Origin: an uncultured Chloroflexia bacterium
GTDB taxonomy: Bacteria; Chloroflexota; Limnocylindria; Limnocylindrales; CSP1-4
DNA: 64,000 nucleotides
NCBI GenBank assembly: GCA_963720755.1
Contig: CAVRGP010000011.1
Span: 768,001 to 832,000, forward strand
Reading direction: 5' to 3'
This document shows, in pieces, positions 27,403-40,991 of this stretch (positions are counted from its first letter, which is position 1; every line of letters starts with the position of its first letter). Under the pieces are notes generated by a model. The model was not told where the DNA came from and made no database searches. It worked only from the letters and a program-made list of their open reading frames with translations. Made by a program: the position numbers and the translations under genes.

Positions 27403-30363
27403 GTGCCCACAGAACGCCTGATGTTGCTCGATGGGAACGGGCTCATCTACCGCGGTTATTTCGCGTTGCCGCCCCTCACGACGTCGAAGGGCGAGTTGGT
27501 CAACGCGGTGTTCGGTTTCTGCAGCATCGTGCTCCGCGGGATCCAGGACCTCCATCCGGACTACCTGGCCGTCGCCTTCGACCTCCAGGGACCGACGTTC
27601 CGACACGAGCAGTACGCCGAGTACAAGGCCACCCGGCAGCGGATGCCGGACGACCTGCGCGACCAGTTCCCCAAGGTCCGCGAGGTGGTCAAGGCGCTCC
27701 GGATCCCGGTCTACGAACTGGCCGGCTACGAGGCTGATGACGTCATCGGCACGATCACCGTCGATGCCGAGCGGCGCGGCTTGGATACGACCATCGTGAC
27801 CGGCGATCTCGACATGCTCCAGCTGGTGACCGATCACACCCGGCTCATGACCACACGGAGCGGGGTCGAGAACACGATCCTGTATGACCCGGCCAGGATC
27901 GCCGAGCGGTTCGACCTCGTCCCCGGCCAGATGATCGACTACAAGGCCCTCAAGGGCGACCCGACGGACAACATCCCGGGCGTGCCCGGGGTGGGGGAGA
28001 AGACCGCGGCCAAGCTCATCCGCGAATTCGGCACGCTCGACGCGGTGTACGAGCGGATCGACGAGGTCAAGCCGGACAAGTTGCGCGACAAGCTGGTCGA
28101 GCACCGCGAGTCGGTGTTCATGGGCAAGGATCTGTCGACGATCGTCCGCGACCTGCCCGTGGACTTCGACCTCGAGGCCGCCCGCCTGGGCGACTACGAC
28201 CGCGAGACGGTCATCCGGCTGTTCCGCGAGTACGAGTTCCGAACGTTGATCGAGCGCCTGCCGGCGATGACCGGCGAATCGGCAGGGGACGCGGCCGAGG
28301 CGCTCCGCGGGGTTGCGACCGATGGCTCGGTGCCGGCTGCGCGGGTCGCCGGATCGGCGCGGCCGTCTGGCTGGGGTGCGCCACGATCGAACCGGCCGGC
28401 CACCGAAGGTGGCGGCCTCCAGCTGTCCCTCGATTTCGATGCGGTGTCCGGGCCGTCCGCGACGGCAACGACCGGTCCTGAGGCGTCGACGGAGGTAGCG
28501 GCCCCGCCGGTCGAGGGTGAACCCGACGACCTCCCGACCGCGCTTGCCGCGGCGATCAACGACCCGTCGCGGATCGAGGTCCATGCGGGTGACCGGATCG
28601 CCGCGCTGGAGTCGTGGCTGGCGGCCCAGGCGACCGTCGGTGTCGGGTTGCTCCTCGACGATCCTCGGCCGCGACGCGGGATGCCCATCGCCCTCGCGCT
28701 GGCGGGGTCGGACGGTCGAACCGTCGCTGTCGAAGGACCCGATGACGCGGCGGCACTCCGGCGACTCCTCGATCGGCTCGGGACCGCGGTCGTCGGGCAC
28801 GAGGTGAAGCCGCTGCTCGTCGCGCGGATCGCCGACGACCCGGATGCGCCACCGACCCCGGTCGCCTTCGACACCCAGATCGCCGCCTACATCCTCAACG
28901 CCGCGCTTCGAAGCCAGACGATCGCGGACGTCGTGGCGGAGCAACTCGACCTGATCCTGCCGGATACCTCGACGCTCGACGGGGCAGCCCGGGCCGGGCT
29001 GGAGGCGCTGTCGGCGCTGGCCGTCCGGGAGCCGCTCGAACGCCGGCTCATCGAGGAGGGCCTCGATCGGCTCTTCCGCGAGATCGAGCTGCCGCTCATC
29101 CCCGTCCTCGCGCGGATGGAGGCGACCGGCGTCGCGCTCGACCGCGACGCGCTGGGGCTGCTCGCGACCGAATTCGGCGCGGAGATCTCGCGACTCGAGA
29201 CCGAGATCTATGCCGACGTCGGGCACGAATTCAACCTCGGCAGTCCGAAGCAACTCGAGCAGATCCTGTTCTTCGAGCTGAACCTGCCGAAGGGCAAGCG
29301 GACCAAGACGGGTTACTCGACCGATGCGTCGGTCCTCGAGGACCTGCGGGCGGCGCACCCGATGATCGACAAGCTGCTCGAATGGCGGATCTACACGAAG
29401 CTCCGCTCGACCTATGTCGATGCGCTCCCGATGCTGATCGCCGACGACGACCGGCTCCACACGACGTTCCACCAGGCCGTCGCGGCCACCGGCCGGCTGT
29501 CGTCGTCGGACCCGAACCTCCAGAACATCCCGATCCGGACACCACTCGGCCGCCGGATCCGGCGGGCGTTCGTGGCCGGCGAGCCTGACCTCACCCTCGT
29601 GGCCGCCGACTACAGCCAGATCGAGTTGCGGATCCTCGCCCACGTCTCCGGCGACGAACACCTGCGCGACGCGTTCGCCCGCGGCGCCGACCTGCATCGG
29701 GAAACCGCGGCGCTCGTCCTCCACAAGGACCCGGCCGAGGTGACCCTCGCGGAGCGGTCGATGGCGAAGATGGTCAACTTCGGGATCGCCTATGGACTGT
29801 CCGACTTCGGGTTGTCCGAGCGCGCCAACATCCCCCGCGCTGAAGCCCAGGCGTTCATCAACACGTACTTCGCGACGTATTCGGGCATCAGCTACTACAT
29901 GCTGGCGATCAAGGAGCAAGCCAGGACTCAGGGGTTCGTGACCACACTCCTCGGCCGGAAGCGGCACATCCCGGAGCTGGCCGCCCGCAACCCGACGCTT
30001 CGCGCGGCCGGTGAGCGGATGGCCATCAACATGCCGATCCAAGGGACCGCGGCGGACATCGTCAAGATCGCGATGATCCGGCTCGACGAGCGGTTGCGGA
30101 GCGGTGGCTTCCTGGCTCGGCCGCTGCTCCAGGTCCACGACGAGTTGCTGCTCGAAGTCCCGCGCGACGAGGTCGACCGGCTGGTGCCGCTGTTGAGGGA
30201 CACCATGGAGAGCGCGCTTCCACTCGACGTGCCACTGACGGTCGACATCAAGATCGGCGACGACTGGGAGTCGATGGCGCCGCTGACCCGTGCCGATGCC
30301 CTCGCCGCGGAAGCCGACGAGGCGCCCGATCTCGATGCGCCGGTCGCGCCGATCAGCAGCTAG
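27403..30363 (+). CDS. polA: DNA polymerase I
   Basis: LLDGN...YEADDVIG 5' nuclease; TGRLSSSDPNLQNIP, DYSQIELR, QVHDEL. Confidence 0.98.
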   Translation: MPTERLMLLDGNGLIYRGYFALPPLTTSKGELVNAVFGFCSIVLRGIQDLHPDYLAVAFDLQGPTFRHEQYAEYKATRQRMPDDLRDQFPKVREVVKALRIPVYELAGYEADDVIGTITVDAERRGLDTTIVTGDLDMLQLVTDHTRLMTTRSGVENTILYDPARIAERFDLVPGQMIDYKALKGDPTDNIPGVPGVGEKTAAKLIREFGTLDAVYERIDEVKPDKLRDKLVEHRESVFMGKDLSTIVRDLPVDFDLEAARLGDYDRETVIRLFREYEFRTLIERLPAMTGESAGDAAEALRGVATDGSVPAARVAGSARPSGWGAPRSNRPATEGGGLQLSLDFDAVSGPSATATTGPEASTEVAAPPVEGEPDDLPTALAAAINDPSRIEVHAGDRIAALESWLAAQATVGVGLLLDDPRPRRGMPIALALAGSDGRTVAVEGPDDAAALRRLLDRLGTAVVGHEVKPLLVARIADDPDAPPTPVAFDTQIAAYILNAALRSQTIADVVAEQLDLILPDTSTLDGAARAGLEALSALAVREPLERRLIEEGLDRLFREIELPLIPVLARMEATGVALDRDALGLLATEFGAEISRLETEIYADVGHEFNLGSPKQLEQILFFELNLPKGKRTKTGYSTDASVLEDLRAAHPMIDKLLEWRIYTKLRSTYVDALPMLIADDDRLHTTFHQAVAATGRLSSSDPNLQNIPIRTPLGRRIRRAFVAGEPDLTLVAADYSQIELRILAHVSGDEHLRDAFARGADLHRETAALVLHKDPAEVTLAERSMAKMVNFGIAYGLSDFGLSERANIPRAEAQAFINTYFATYSGISYYMLAIKEQARTQGFVTTLLGRKRHIPELAARNPTLRAAGERMAINMPIQGTAADIVKIAMIRLDERLRSGGFLARPLLQVHDELLLEVPRDEVDRLVPLLRDTMESALPLDVPLTVDIKIGDDWESMAPLTRADALAAEADEAPDLDAPVAPISS

Positions 30364-30372
30364 GCTCCTCGG

Positions 30373-31455
30373 ATGCCTGAACTCCCTGAGGTCGAGACGG
30401 TCGTGCGCGACCTGCGCCCGAAGATCGTGGGCTCGACGATCGTCGATGCCCGCTGCTCCTGGGCCCGGACGTTGCGGACTCACACGCCGGGCGCGTTCGC
30501 CGAGGCGATCGCGGGCCGACAGGTCGAGACGGTCGACCGGAGAGCGAAGCTGGTCGTCGTCGGGCTGTCCGGGGACGCGGCCCTGACCATCCATCTCAAG
30601 ATGACCGGGCAGTTGTTCGTCGTACCGGCCACGGTTCCGATGGATCCGTATGTCCGGCTCGTCCTTGGGCTCGCCGACGGACGTGAGGTCCGGTTTCGCG
30701 ACATCCGCAAGTTCGGCAAGGTCGGCCTGTACGGGCGGGATCCGGTGACCGGTGAACTCGTGACCGAAGTCGGAGGGACGTCCGTGTTCGCGGCATTCGG
30801 CCCCGAGCCGCTCGATCCATCGTTCCGCCTCCGCGACTTTCGGGTTCGGCTGCGCCGGCGCAAGGGCCGGCTGAAGCCGCTCCTGCTCGATCAATCGTTC
30901 CTCGCCGGGGTCGGCAACATCTATGCGGACGAGGCGCTATGGGCGGCACGGCTGCACCCGCTTCGGTCCGTCGGGACGCTTCATCTCCCGGACGAGCGGC
31001 ACCTGTACGAGGCGGTACGGACCATCCTCGCCGAGGCGATCGAGCGACGCGGCAGCTCCATCGACGATTACACCGCGCCGGACGGTGACGGTTCGATGCA
31101 GGAGCGGCTCGCGGTCTACCAGCGGACCGGCGAGCCATGTCCCCGCTGCGGACGGCCGATCAAGCGGATCGTCATCGGGTCGAGGGCGACCCACTTCTGC
31201 TCGTGGTGTCAACGGCTGGCGGCGTCCGACCGGGCGGCGGCAAAGGTCATCCTCCGGGGCGTGACGGGCGGCCGGCGACGCGGCGGCGGACGCTGGACAG
31301 AGTTGGCGGGGGAGGGGAGCATCGGCCTGACCCAGGCGGAAGCGGAACGGGCCGCCCGGGCCGCGATCCGCGCACGAGCCGAGCGGACGAAGCGGGCCGC
31401 GGCGACGCGGCGAGCAGCCGCGCGCGCGTCCGTCGCCGGGGCGACCACGCGATGA
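30373..31455 (+). CDS. mutM: Formamidopyrimidine-DNA glycosylase (Fpg) with basic C-terminal extension
   Basis: MPELPEVET, HLKMTG, GVGNIYADE, CPRC...CSWC zinc finger. Confidence 0.96.
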   Translation: MPELPEVETVVRDLRPKIVGSTIVDARCSWARTLRTHTPGAFAEAIAGRQVETVDRRAKLVVVGLSGDAALTIHLKMTGQLFVVPATVPMDPYVRLVLGLADGREVRFRDIRKFGKVGLYGRDPVTGELVTEVGGTSVFAAFGPEPLDPSFRLRDFRVRLRRRKGRLKPLLLDQSFLAGVGNIYADEALWAARLHPLRSVGTLHLPDERHLYEAVRTILAEAIERRGSSIDDYTAPDGDGSMQERLAVYQRTGEPCPRCGRPIKRIVIGSRATHFCSWCQRLAASDRAAAKVILRGVTGGRRRGGGRWTELAGEGSIGLTQAEAERAARAAIRARAERTKRAAATRRAAARASVAGATTR

Positions 31456-33518
31456 GCATCCTGCGACTCACCGGTGTCAGCCGGGAGATCGGCACCTTCG
31501 TGATCCTCGATTCGATCGATGCATCGATCGCGTTGGGGGACCGGATCGGCCTCGTCGGTCCGAACGGCGCCGGCAAGACCACGCTGCTCCGGCTCGCGTC
31601 GGGCCGGGACGAGCCGGACCGAGGCGAGGTCCACCGAAAGCGTGGCCTGACCCTGGGTCTCCTGGCCCAGGAAGCCCACTTCGACGAGGCGTTCATGGCC
31701 TCGCCGGATCTGCGCCTCGCGGTGCGCACGGGCGCCGCCCACCTCGACCGGATGGCCGAGCGCCTCGCGTCTATGGAGCGCGACGGCCACGTGACCGAGC
31801 ATGCCTACGCAGACCTCCTGCATCGATACGAGATCCTGGGGGGCTACACGCTGGACCAGCGGGTCGACAGCGCCCTGACCGGATTGGGTTTCGGCAAGGA
31901 CGAATGGGCGAAACCGCCGTCGGCGCTGTCCGGCGGCGAGCAGACCCGGGCATCGCTGGCCCGGCTCGTCATCGCGGACCCGGACCTCCTTCTCCTCGAC
32001 GAGCCGACGAACCATCTCGATCTCGATGCGCTCGAGTGGCTCGAGGAGCACCTTCGCCGGCGGAACGGGTCATTGCTCGTGGCATCCCACGACCGGGCAT
32101 TCCTCGACGCCACGGTCGACCGGGTCTGGGAACTCCGCGACCGGCGGTTGACGGCGTTCCGCGGCGACTACAGCGCCTACCACCGCCAGCGGATCGAGCG
32201 TGATGCGCGGACGGTCAAGGAAGTCGAGACCCAGGCCGAGGCGATCGCGCGCGAGAAGGAACTCGTCCAGCGCTATCGGAGCCACCGCAAGTTCAGCAAG
32301 ATGCACGAGCATGAGGCCCGGCTCGAGCGACTCGAGGCGGAGCGGCGGGATGCCCCGAAGGCTGGACGCCGATTGGCCATCCCCACGGCGGCATTGCTCG
32401 GCGGCGAAGGTCCGTCGCGAAGCGGTGAGATCGTGGTCAGGATCGACGGCCTCTCGGTGGGCTATCTCCCTGGGCGCGGGGCGATGGCCCCCGATGGTTC
32501 CGCTGCGTCCGAGGCCAAGCTCGTCGCCCGCGCCCCGTTCCTGGCCGCGCAACGCGGCGAGCGGATCGGGATCGTCGGCCCGAACGGCGCGGGCAAGACC
32601 ACCTTGTTGCGGACGATCGCCGGTGACCTGCCGCCGCTCGACGGCGGTGTCGGGTTCGGGAACGCGGTCCAGATCGGCTATCTCGCCCAGCTCCGGAGCG
32701 CGGGGATCGCCGGGGCGACCGTTCTCGACGCCCTCCTGGAGGCGGCCCCGGTCACCGGGGGCGAGGCTCGAGCGTACCTGGCCCGCTTCCTGTTCCGGGG
32801 CGACGACGCCTTCAAGGAGGTCCGGATGCTGTCGGGCGGGGAACGGTCCCGCCTGGAGCTCGCGCTGCTTGGCATCCAGGCCTCGAACCTCCTCCTGCTC
32901 GACGAACCGACGAACCACCTCGACATCCCGGCCCGGGAGGCGATCGAGGCGTTCATGATCGAGTCGCCGGCGACTCTGTTGGTCGTTTCCCACGACCGGC
33001 GCCTGCTGCAGACGGTGTGCGAGAAGCTGTGGGTGGTCGACCGTGGCTCGGCGGTCGCGTTCGACGGCGGATATCAGGCTTGGCGGGCGGCCGTGGCCGC
33101 AGGATGGACGATCGAATCGGCCCTTGCGCAGGAGGCGGCGCGACTGCACGGGGGCCGGTCCGGCGGTCGTTCGGCCGGCGCTCCCTCCGGCGCTGCGCCT
33201 CATGGTCGCGACGGCCGCACGCCCGCCGGGCCGGCGGGTCTTGGCGGGGCAGCGGCTTCGCCGGCTGCTACCAGGAAGAAGGGTGGGAAGAAGGACAAGC
33301 TGTCGAAGGAGGCGTACAAGCGACAGCGGGCTGCTGCCGAAGGGGAGTTGACTCGGCTGGGGTTGCGCCGGAGTCACCTCGAGTTGGCGATGGCAGATCC
33401 GGCGGTCCAGGCGAACTTCGTGGAGCTACGTCGGGTCACCAGCGAGCTGGCGGATATCGACGTGGCCCTGAGCGTCGCCGAGGATGCCTGGCTCGACGTC
33501 GAGGAGCGAGCGCCATGA
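31452..33518 (+). CDS. ABC-F family ATPase with C-terminal coiled-coil (Uup-like)
   Basis: Two GPNGAGKTT / LSGGE / LDEPTNHLD cassettes, no TM segments. Confidence 0.92.
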   Translation: MSILRLTGVSREIGTFVILDSIDASIALGDRIGLVGPNGAGKTTLLRLASGRDEPDRGEVHRKRGLTLGLLAQEAHFDEAFMASPDLRLAVRTGAAHLDRMAERLASMERDGHVTEHAYADLLHRYEILGGYTLDQRVDSALTGLGFGKDEWAKPPSALSGGEQTRASLARLVIADPDLLLLDEPTNHLDLDALEWLEEHLRRRNGSLLVASHDRAFLDATVDRVWELRDRRLTAFRGDYSAYHRQRIERDARTVKEVETQAEAIAREKELVQRYRSHRKFSKMHEHEARLERLEAERRDAPKAGRRLAIPTAALLGGEGPSRSGEIVVRIDGLSVGYLPGRGAMAPDGSAASEAKLVARAPFLAAQRGERIGIVGPNGAGKTTLLRTIAGDLPPLDGGVGFGNAVQIGYLAQLRSAGIAGATVLDALLEAAPVTGGEARAYLARFLFRGDDAFKEVRMLSGGERSRLELALLGIQASNLLLLDEPTNHLDIPAREAIEAFMIESPATLLVVSHDRRLLQTVCEKLWVVDRGSAVAFDGGYQAWRAAVAAGWTIESALAQEAARLHGGRSGGRSAGAPSGAAPHGRDGRTPAGPAGLGGAAASPAATRKKGGKKDKLSKEAYKRQRAAAEGELTRLGLRRSHLELAMADPAVQANFVELRRVTSELADIDVALSVAEDAWLDVEERAP

Positions 33519-34126
33519 CCGTGCGGATCGGGCTGACCGGGCCGATCGGCTGCGGCAAGTCGACGGTCGCGGGTTGGCTGGGCGAGCGGACCGGCGTCGT
33601 GGTCATCGACGCGGACGATGTGGCGCACGAGGTCGTGGAGCCCGGTGAACCGGCGCTGGAGGCCGTGCTGGGTCGGTTCGGCCAGGACCTGCGTCGGGCT
33701 GACGGGACGCTGGACCGCCTCGCGCTGGGCAGGATCGTGTTCGCGGACCCGGCGGCCCTCCGCGACCTCGAGGCGATCATCCACCCAGCGGTCCGGCCGC
33801 GGATCCTGGACCGCATCGCCGCCGCCGAGGCCGATGACGCCCCCGCCGTCGTGATCGAGGCGATCAAGTTGGTGGAGGGTGGCCTGGCCGAAGCCTGCGA
33901 TGAAGTCTGGCTGGTGACGTGCGACCCGGCAGTCCAGCAGGACCGGCTCGTCGGACGCGGAACGATCGCCGCGGACGCGGCCGACCGGATCGCGACCCAG
34001 GGCGATCTCGCCGACCGGCTGGCGTCGCGGGCGAGCCACGTGATCGATACCTCCGGGGAGCCAGTTTCGACCCGGGTGCTCGTCGACGAGGCGTTCGAGC
34101 GCGTCGTCGGGAACGCACGGCCCTGA
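33515..34126 (+). CDS. coaE: Dephospho-CoA kinase
   Basis: IGLTGPIGCGKSTV, IDAD, LEAIIHPAV. Confidence 0.95.
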   Translation: MTVRIGLTGPIGCGKSTVAGWLGERTGVVVIDADDVAHEVVEPGEPALEAVLGRFGQDLRRADGTLDRLALGRIVFADPAALRDLEAIIHPAVRPRILDRIAAAEADDAPAVVIEAIKLVEGGLAEACDEVWLVTCDPAVQQDRLVGRGTIAADAADRIATQGDLADRLASRASHVIDTSGEPVSTRVLVDEAFERVVGNARP

Positions 34127-34168
34127 CCGCGAAGCCGGGGATCGACCCACCGCGACGGATCTGCCTGC

Positions 34169-34184
34169 CAGAACACCTGTTCTG
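34169..34184 (+). promoter_or_regulatory. LexA (SOS) box upstream of uvrB
   Basis: CAGAAC-ACCT-GTTCTG palindrome (GAAC-N4-GTTC), 18 nt upstream of -10 TAGACT. Confidence 0.85.
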
Positions 34185-34215
34185 TTCGTGCGTGGACTGG
34201 TAGACTTGGCGGCAC

Positions 34216-36572
<2,357 letters not shown>

Positions 36573-36576
<4 letters not shown>

Positions 36577-37769
36577 TAGAGGCCCAGGCGCACACGCTGG
36601 CGACGGACGGCCGCCAGGCGATCCCCATCGGTGAGGCCCTCGAGGTCGTGGAGCATCCGATTGAGCGCTCGGACGATCTGGCCGGAGTCCGCACCGTACG
36701 AGGCGATCTCCGCACAGGCGAGCTCGAGGTAGTCGGTCCAGCCGGGGCTCGGGAGCACCAGCCGCAAGGCACCGCTCTCGTCGAAGTGCCGACCATCGCC
36801 GATCGATCTGCCCGCCAGCCGTCGGAGCAGATCGTGGAGCTGCTCGATGACCGACGCGGCCGTCGTCGGATCATTGATGCCGGGCGACAGCGCTCGCACC
36901 GCGACATCGACGAGCTGCCGGAACCCGAAGGCCGGGTCCTGTCCCATCGCCCGCTCCCGACCGATCGACATCGCAGCGAGGACCTCGTCGGTCGGTGCGC
37001 GTCCATGGCCGTGGACGCGTACCAGTGGTGCGTTGCCGGGGGTCGATCCTCCGATGCCGGTCAGGAACTCGAGGGTCGTCCCGGACGCGCCCGCGAGTCG
37101 GACGAGCCGGTCGATATCGACGCCCTGGAGTACACCCGGATCGTCCGGCGCGTCGATCGTCGAGGTCGCGACCGACATCGTCGCGGCCACTCGCGGCGGC
37201 ATGGCCGTTCCATCCGGATAGCACCGATCGATGGCCGCTCGCGTCTCCGCCGCGACGCTTCCGATGATCGTCGACACGCGCATGGCATGAGCCATGTGAT
37301 CGATGTAGTAAACGAACGCCGCGACCGATGTCAGGAGCAGGACGAACGCCCCCGAGACCGCGAGCGATGGCACGAACGCGTCCCCGTCGACCGACCGGAC
37401 GTCCCGCAACACGAGCAGCGCGTAGACGAATGTCGCGACGAAGATGCCAAGCACGAGTTGGTTCTTCCGGTCGCGGAGGAACGTGCGTGTGACCCGGGGC
37501 GAGAACTGGCTCGAGGCGAGTTGAAGGACGAGCATCGTCACCGTGAACACCAGTCCGGTGAAGGACAGCATCGCGGCCGCGATCGTCGACAGGATGAGCC
37601 GCGCGCTGTCTGGCCCACCGCCGAAGAAGAATAGATCGGCCCGTGTCGTGCCGACGGCCTGGTCGATCCGGACCAGGACCCAGGCCAGGATCGCTGCGAC
37701 CACGGTCGCGATAGCCGGGATCAGCCACAACCGCTCGCGAAGTGTCTCGAACAGGATCGATACCCGCAT
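36573..37769 (-). CDS. DUF2254 family membrane protein
   Basis: [39 protein letters not shown] motifs. Confidence 0.85.
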
Positions 37770-37840
37770 CCTCGAAGTCTCCTCCTCGTGCGCCCGCCCA
37801 CTCTAGGTGAATGGGTCAGACGCCGGGATGACCCGTCGAC

Positions 37841-37854
37841 AGAACGGGTGTTCG
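37841..37854 (+). promoter_or_regulatory. LexA (SOS) box upstream of uvrA
   Basis: AGAAC-GGGT-GTTCG, 18 nt upstream of -10 TACACT. Confidence 0.82.
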
Positions 37855-37883
37855 GTTTGTCCAGAGTCCGTTACACTTCGTCT

Positions 37884-40800
37884 GTGCCCCAGGATCAGCT
37901 CATCGTGCGCGGTGCGCGCGAACACAACCTCAAGAACGTGGATGTCGCGTTCCCGCGCGACCGGCTCGTGGTCATCACCGGCCTGTCCGGGAGCGGCAAG
38001 TCGAGCCTCGCGTTCGACACCATCTACGCGGAGGGGCAGCGGCGCTACGTCGAGAGCCTGAGCGCCTATGCGCGCCAGTTCCTCGGTCAGATGGAGAAGC
38101 CGGACGTCGACCAGATCGATGGGCTGTCACCGGCCATCTCGATCGACCAGAAAGGTGCTTCGCGAAACCCGCGGTCGACGGTCGGGACGGTCACCGAGAT
38201 CTACGACCACCTACGGCTCCTGTTCGCCCGCATCGGCGTCCCGCATTGCCCGAACGGCCATGCCATCGAGCGGCAGAGCGTCCAGCAGATCGTCGACCAG
38301 GTCCTGGCCCTGCCGGAGGGGACCCGCCTGTTGGTGCTAGGCCCCCTCATCAAGGACCGCAAGACCGAAGGTGATCGCGTCTTCGATGCCGCCCGTCGGC
38401 AGGGCTTCGTTCGGATCCGAGTGGACGGCGAGATGGTCGACATCGCGGACGCCCCCAAACTCGACAAGTACAAGCGCCATTCGATCGATGTCGTGGTCGA
38501 TCGCTACATCGTCAGGCACGCCGAGGCCCCGGATGGCGCCGCTCGGGCGGCCGACGGCCGCCCGATCGACCCGGAGACCGGGGAAACCATCCCGGATCCG
38601 GATGCCGGGCGACTGGCCGACTCGATCGAAACGGCGTTGCGACTCGGTGAAGGAGTCGTCCTGATCGCCCCGGCTCCCCGCGACGGTGAGCCGCCGGACT
38701 TCGAAGAGCGGCGGTACAGCGAACGCTACAGCTGCCCGTACGACGGCTACACGGCGGACGAGCTCGAGCCGCGAAGCTTCTCGTTCAACTCGCCCCACGG
38801 GGCCTGCCCCGGCTGCGCCGGACTCGGCACGAAGCTGGAGATCGACGCGGATCTGGTCATCCCGGACCGGACGAAGAGTCTCGCCGCCGGGGCACTCGTG
38901 CCGTGGGCCCGGATGCCGACCGACGCGTCGTGGCGGCTCAAGATCCTCGAAGCGATCTGCGCGGCGCACGGTTGGGACTACACCGCCCCGATCCAGGACC
39001 TCCCCGCGGAGGCGCTCGAGTACGTCCTCCGGGCGAAGAAGGACGAGAAGGTCATCGTCCGGTACCGGACGGAGCGGGGCGAGAATACGTACAAGGCCAC
39101 GTTCGAAGGCGTCGTCACGAACCTCGAGCGTCGATACCGCGAGACGGATTCCGACTACATCAAGGCCGAACTCGAGAAGTTCATGGTCAGTCGGCCATGC
39201 CCGGTCTGCCATGGGAAGCGGCTCCGGCCGGAGATCCTCGCGGTCTTGATCGGCAAGCGCAACGTCTGGGACGTTTCGACGATGTCGATCACGGACGCGC
39301 TGCGCTGGTCATCGGATCTCGAGGCGACCCTGACCGACCGGGAACGGACGATCGCCCACCAGTTGCTCAAGGAGATCGGCGCACGACTCGGGTTCCTGGT
39401 CGATGTCGGACTGGACTACCTGACCCTCGACCGGACCAGCGTGACCCTGTCCGGTGGCGAGGCCCAGCGCATCCGACTGGCGACCCAGATCGGGACGACC
39501 CTGATGGGCGTCCTGTACATCCTCGACGAGCCGTCGATCGGTCTCCACCAGCGCGACAACGCGAAGTTGATCGCGACCCTCACCCGGCTCCGCGACCTCG
39601 GCAACACGGTCCTCGTCGTCGAGCACGACGAAGAGACGATCCGGACCGCCGACTGGGTCGTCGACATCGGGCCCGGGGCAGGGGAGCATGGAGGAGAGAT
39701 CGTCGCCAACGGGCCGCTCGAGGCCGTCCTGGCCGAGCCGCGGTCGATCACCGGCGCGTTCCTGCGGGGCGAACGGGCCGTGCCCATCCCGGAGACCCGG
39801 CGGACGGGCAGCGGCAAGACATTGACCGTGCGGGGGGCCCGCGAGCACAACCTGCGAGACCTCGATCTGCGCGTTCCACTGGCGACATTCGTGGCCGTCA
39901 CCGGGGTATCGGGCAGCGGCAAGAGCACGCTGGTGACGGAGGTCCTGTATCGCGCGCTTGCCAGGGAACTCAACGGTTCACGCGAACCGGTCGGGGCCTA
40001 CGACGCGCTCGAAGGTGCTGAGCACATCGACAAGATCATCGAGATCGACCAGAGCCCGATCGGTCGCACACCACGGTCGAACCCGGCCACCTATGTCGGG
40101 TTGTTCACGACGATCCGGGAACTGTTCGCCGGCGTTCCGGAGTCGCGCCTGCGTGGCTACACGCCCGGTCGGTTCAGCTTCAACGTCAAAGGTGGCCGCT
40201 GCGAGCACTGCAAGGGCGACGGCATCCTCAAGATCGAGATGCAGTTCCTGCCCGATGTCTACGTCCCGTGCGAGGTCTGCCTCGGCAAGCGCTACAACCG
40301 CGAAGCCCTCGAGGTCCACTACAAGGGCAAGTCGATCGCGGACGTCCTCGAGATGACCATCGCCGAGGCGCTCGACTTCTTCAACGCCGTGCCCAAGGTC
40401 CGGGCAAAGCTCCAGACGCTCAATGATGTCGGGCTGGGATACGTCCATCTTGGGCAACCGGCCACGACCCTGTCGGGTGGAGAGGCGCAGCGCGTCAAGC
40501 TGTCGACCGAGCTGTCCCGACGGGCGACCGGCCGCACCTTGTATGTCCTTGACGAACCGACGACGGGCCTCCACTTCGCCGATGTCGAGAAGCTGCTCCA
40601 GGTCCTCCATCGCCTGGTCGACAGCGGCAATACGGTCCTGGTCATCGAGCACAACCTGGACGTCATCAAGACGGCAGACTGGATCGTCGATCTTGGACCG
40701 GAGGGAGGCGACCGGGGTGGTCGGATCGTCGCCGAGGGGACCCCGGAGGCGATCGCGTCGGCCAGGGGATCGGCGACCGGGGAATATCTCGCCCGCGTCC

Positions 40801-40946
40801 TTCGCGGTGAACCGCTGGTCCCGTTGTCCGACGTGACGTTCGCTGACGAGGCCGGCCGGGGAGGGACGGACAACGGTCGCGCGACCGGCAAGGTGATCCG
40901 GCTGGCGCCATCGAGGAAGCGGGCGGCGGCCGCGCGGGCGCGTTGA
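37884..40946 (+). CDS. uvrA: Excinuclease ABC subunit A
   Basis: [27 protein letters not shown], second ABC domain; GTG start 6 nt after TACACT. Confidence 0.98.
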   Translation: MPQDQLIVRGAREHNLKNVDVAFPRDRLVVITGLSGSGKSSLAFDTIYAEGQRRYVESLSAYARQFLGQMEKPDVDQIDGLSPAISIDQKGASRNPRSTVGTVTEIYDHLRLLFARIGVPHCPNGHAIERQSVQQIVDQVLALPEGTRLLVLGPLIKDRKTEGDRVFDAARRQGFVRIRVDGEMVDIADAPKLDKYKRHSIDVVVDRYIVRHAEAPDGAARAADGRPIDPETGETIPDPDAGRLADSIETALRLGEGVVLIAPAPRDGEPPDFEERRYSERYSCPYDGYTADELEPRSFSFNSPHGACPGCAGLGTKLEIDADLVIPDRTKSLAAGALVPWARMPTDASWRLKILEAICAAHGWDYTAPIQDLPAEALEYVLRAKKDEKVIVRYRTERGENTYKATFEGVVTNLERRYRETDSDYIKAELEKFMVSRPCPVCHGKRLRPEILAVLIGKRNVWDVSTMSITDALRWSSDLEATLTDRERTIAHQLLKEIGARLGFLVDVGLDYLTLDRTSVTLSGGEAQRIRLATQIGTTLMGVLYILDEPSIGLHQRDNAKLIATLTRLRDLGNTVLVVEHDEETIRTADWVVDIGPGAGEHGGEIVANGPLEAVLAEPRSITGAFLRGERAVPIPETRRTGSGKTLTVRGAREHNLRDLDLRVPLATFVAVTGVSGSGKSTLVTEVLYRALARELNGSREPVGAYDALEGAEHIDKIIEIDQSPIGRTPRSNPATYVGLFTTIRELFAGVPESRLRGYTPGRFSFNVKGGRCEHCKGDGILKIEMQFLPDVYVPCEVCLGKRYNREALEVHYKGKSIADVLEMTIAEALDFFNAVPKVRAKLQTLNDVGLGYVHLGQPATTLSGGEAQRVKLSTELSRRATGRTLYVLDEPTTGLHFADVEKLLQVLHRLVDSGNTVLVIEHNLDVIKTADWIVDLGPEGGDRGGRIVAEGTPEAIASARGSATGEYLARVLRGEPLVPLSDVTFADEAGRGGTDNGRATGKVIRLAPSRKRAAAARAR

Positions 40947-40991
40947 CCGCATCCTGGCGCACCGGGACCGATCGGCGGCTAGCATAGGCAG

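Noticed and set aside
26218-30894. 1558 aa antisense ORF (and similar long antisense ORFs over uvrB, uvrC, secD, gpmI)
   Set aside because: Shadow frames of high-GC genes; no recognisable motifs and fully overlapping well-supported genes
37857-37877. TTGTC...TACACT resembling the actinobacterial PafBC/RecA-NDp promoter
   Set aside because: Sequence and spacing do not match TGTCRG-N10-TANNNT; the LexA box explains the promoter
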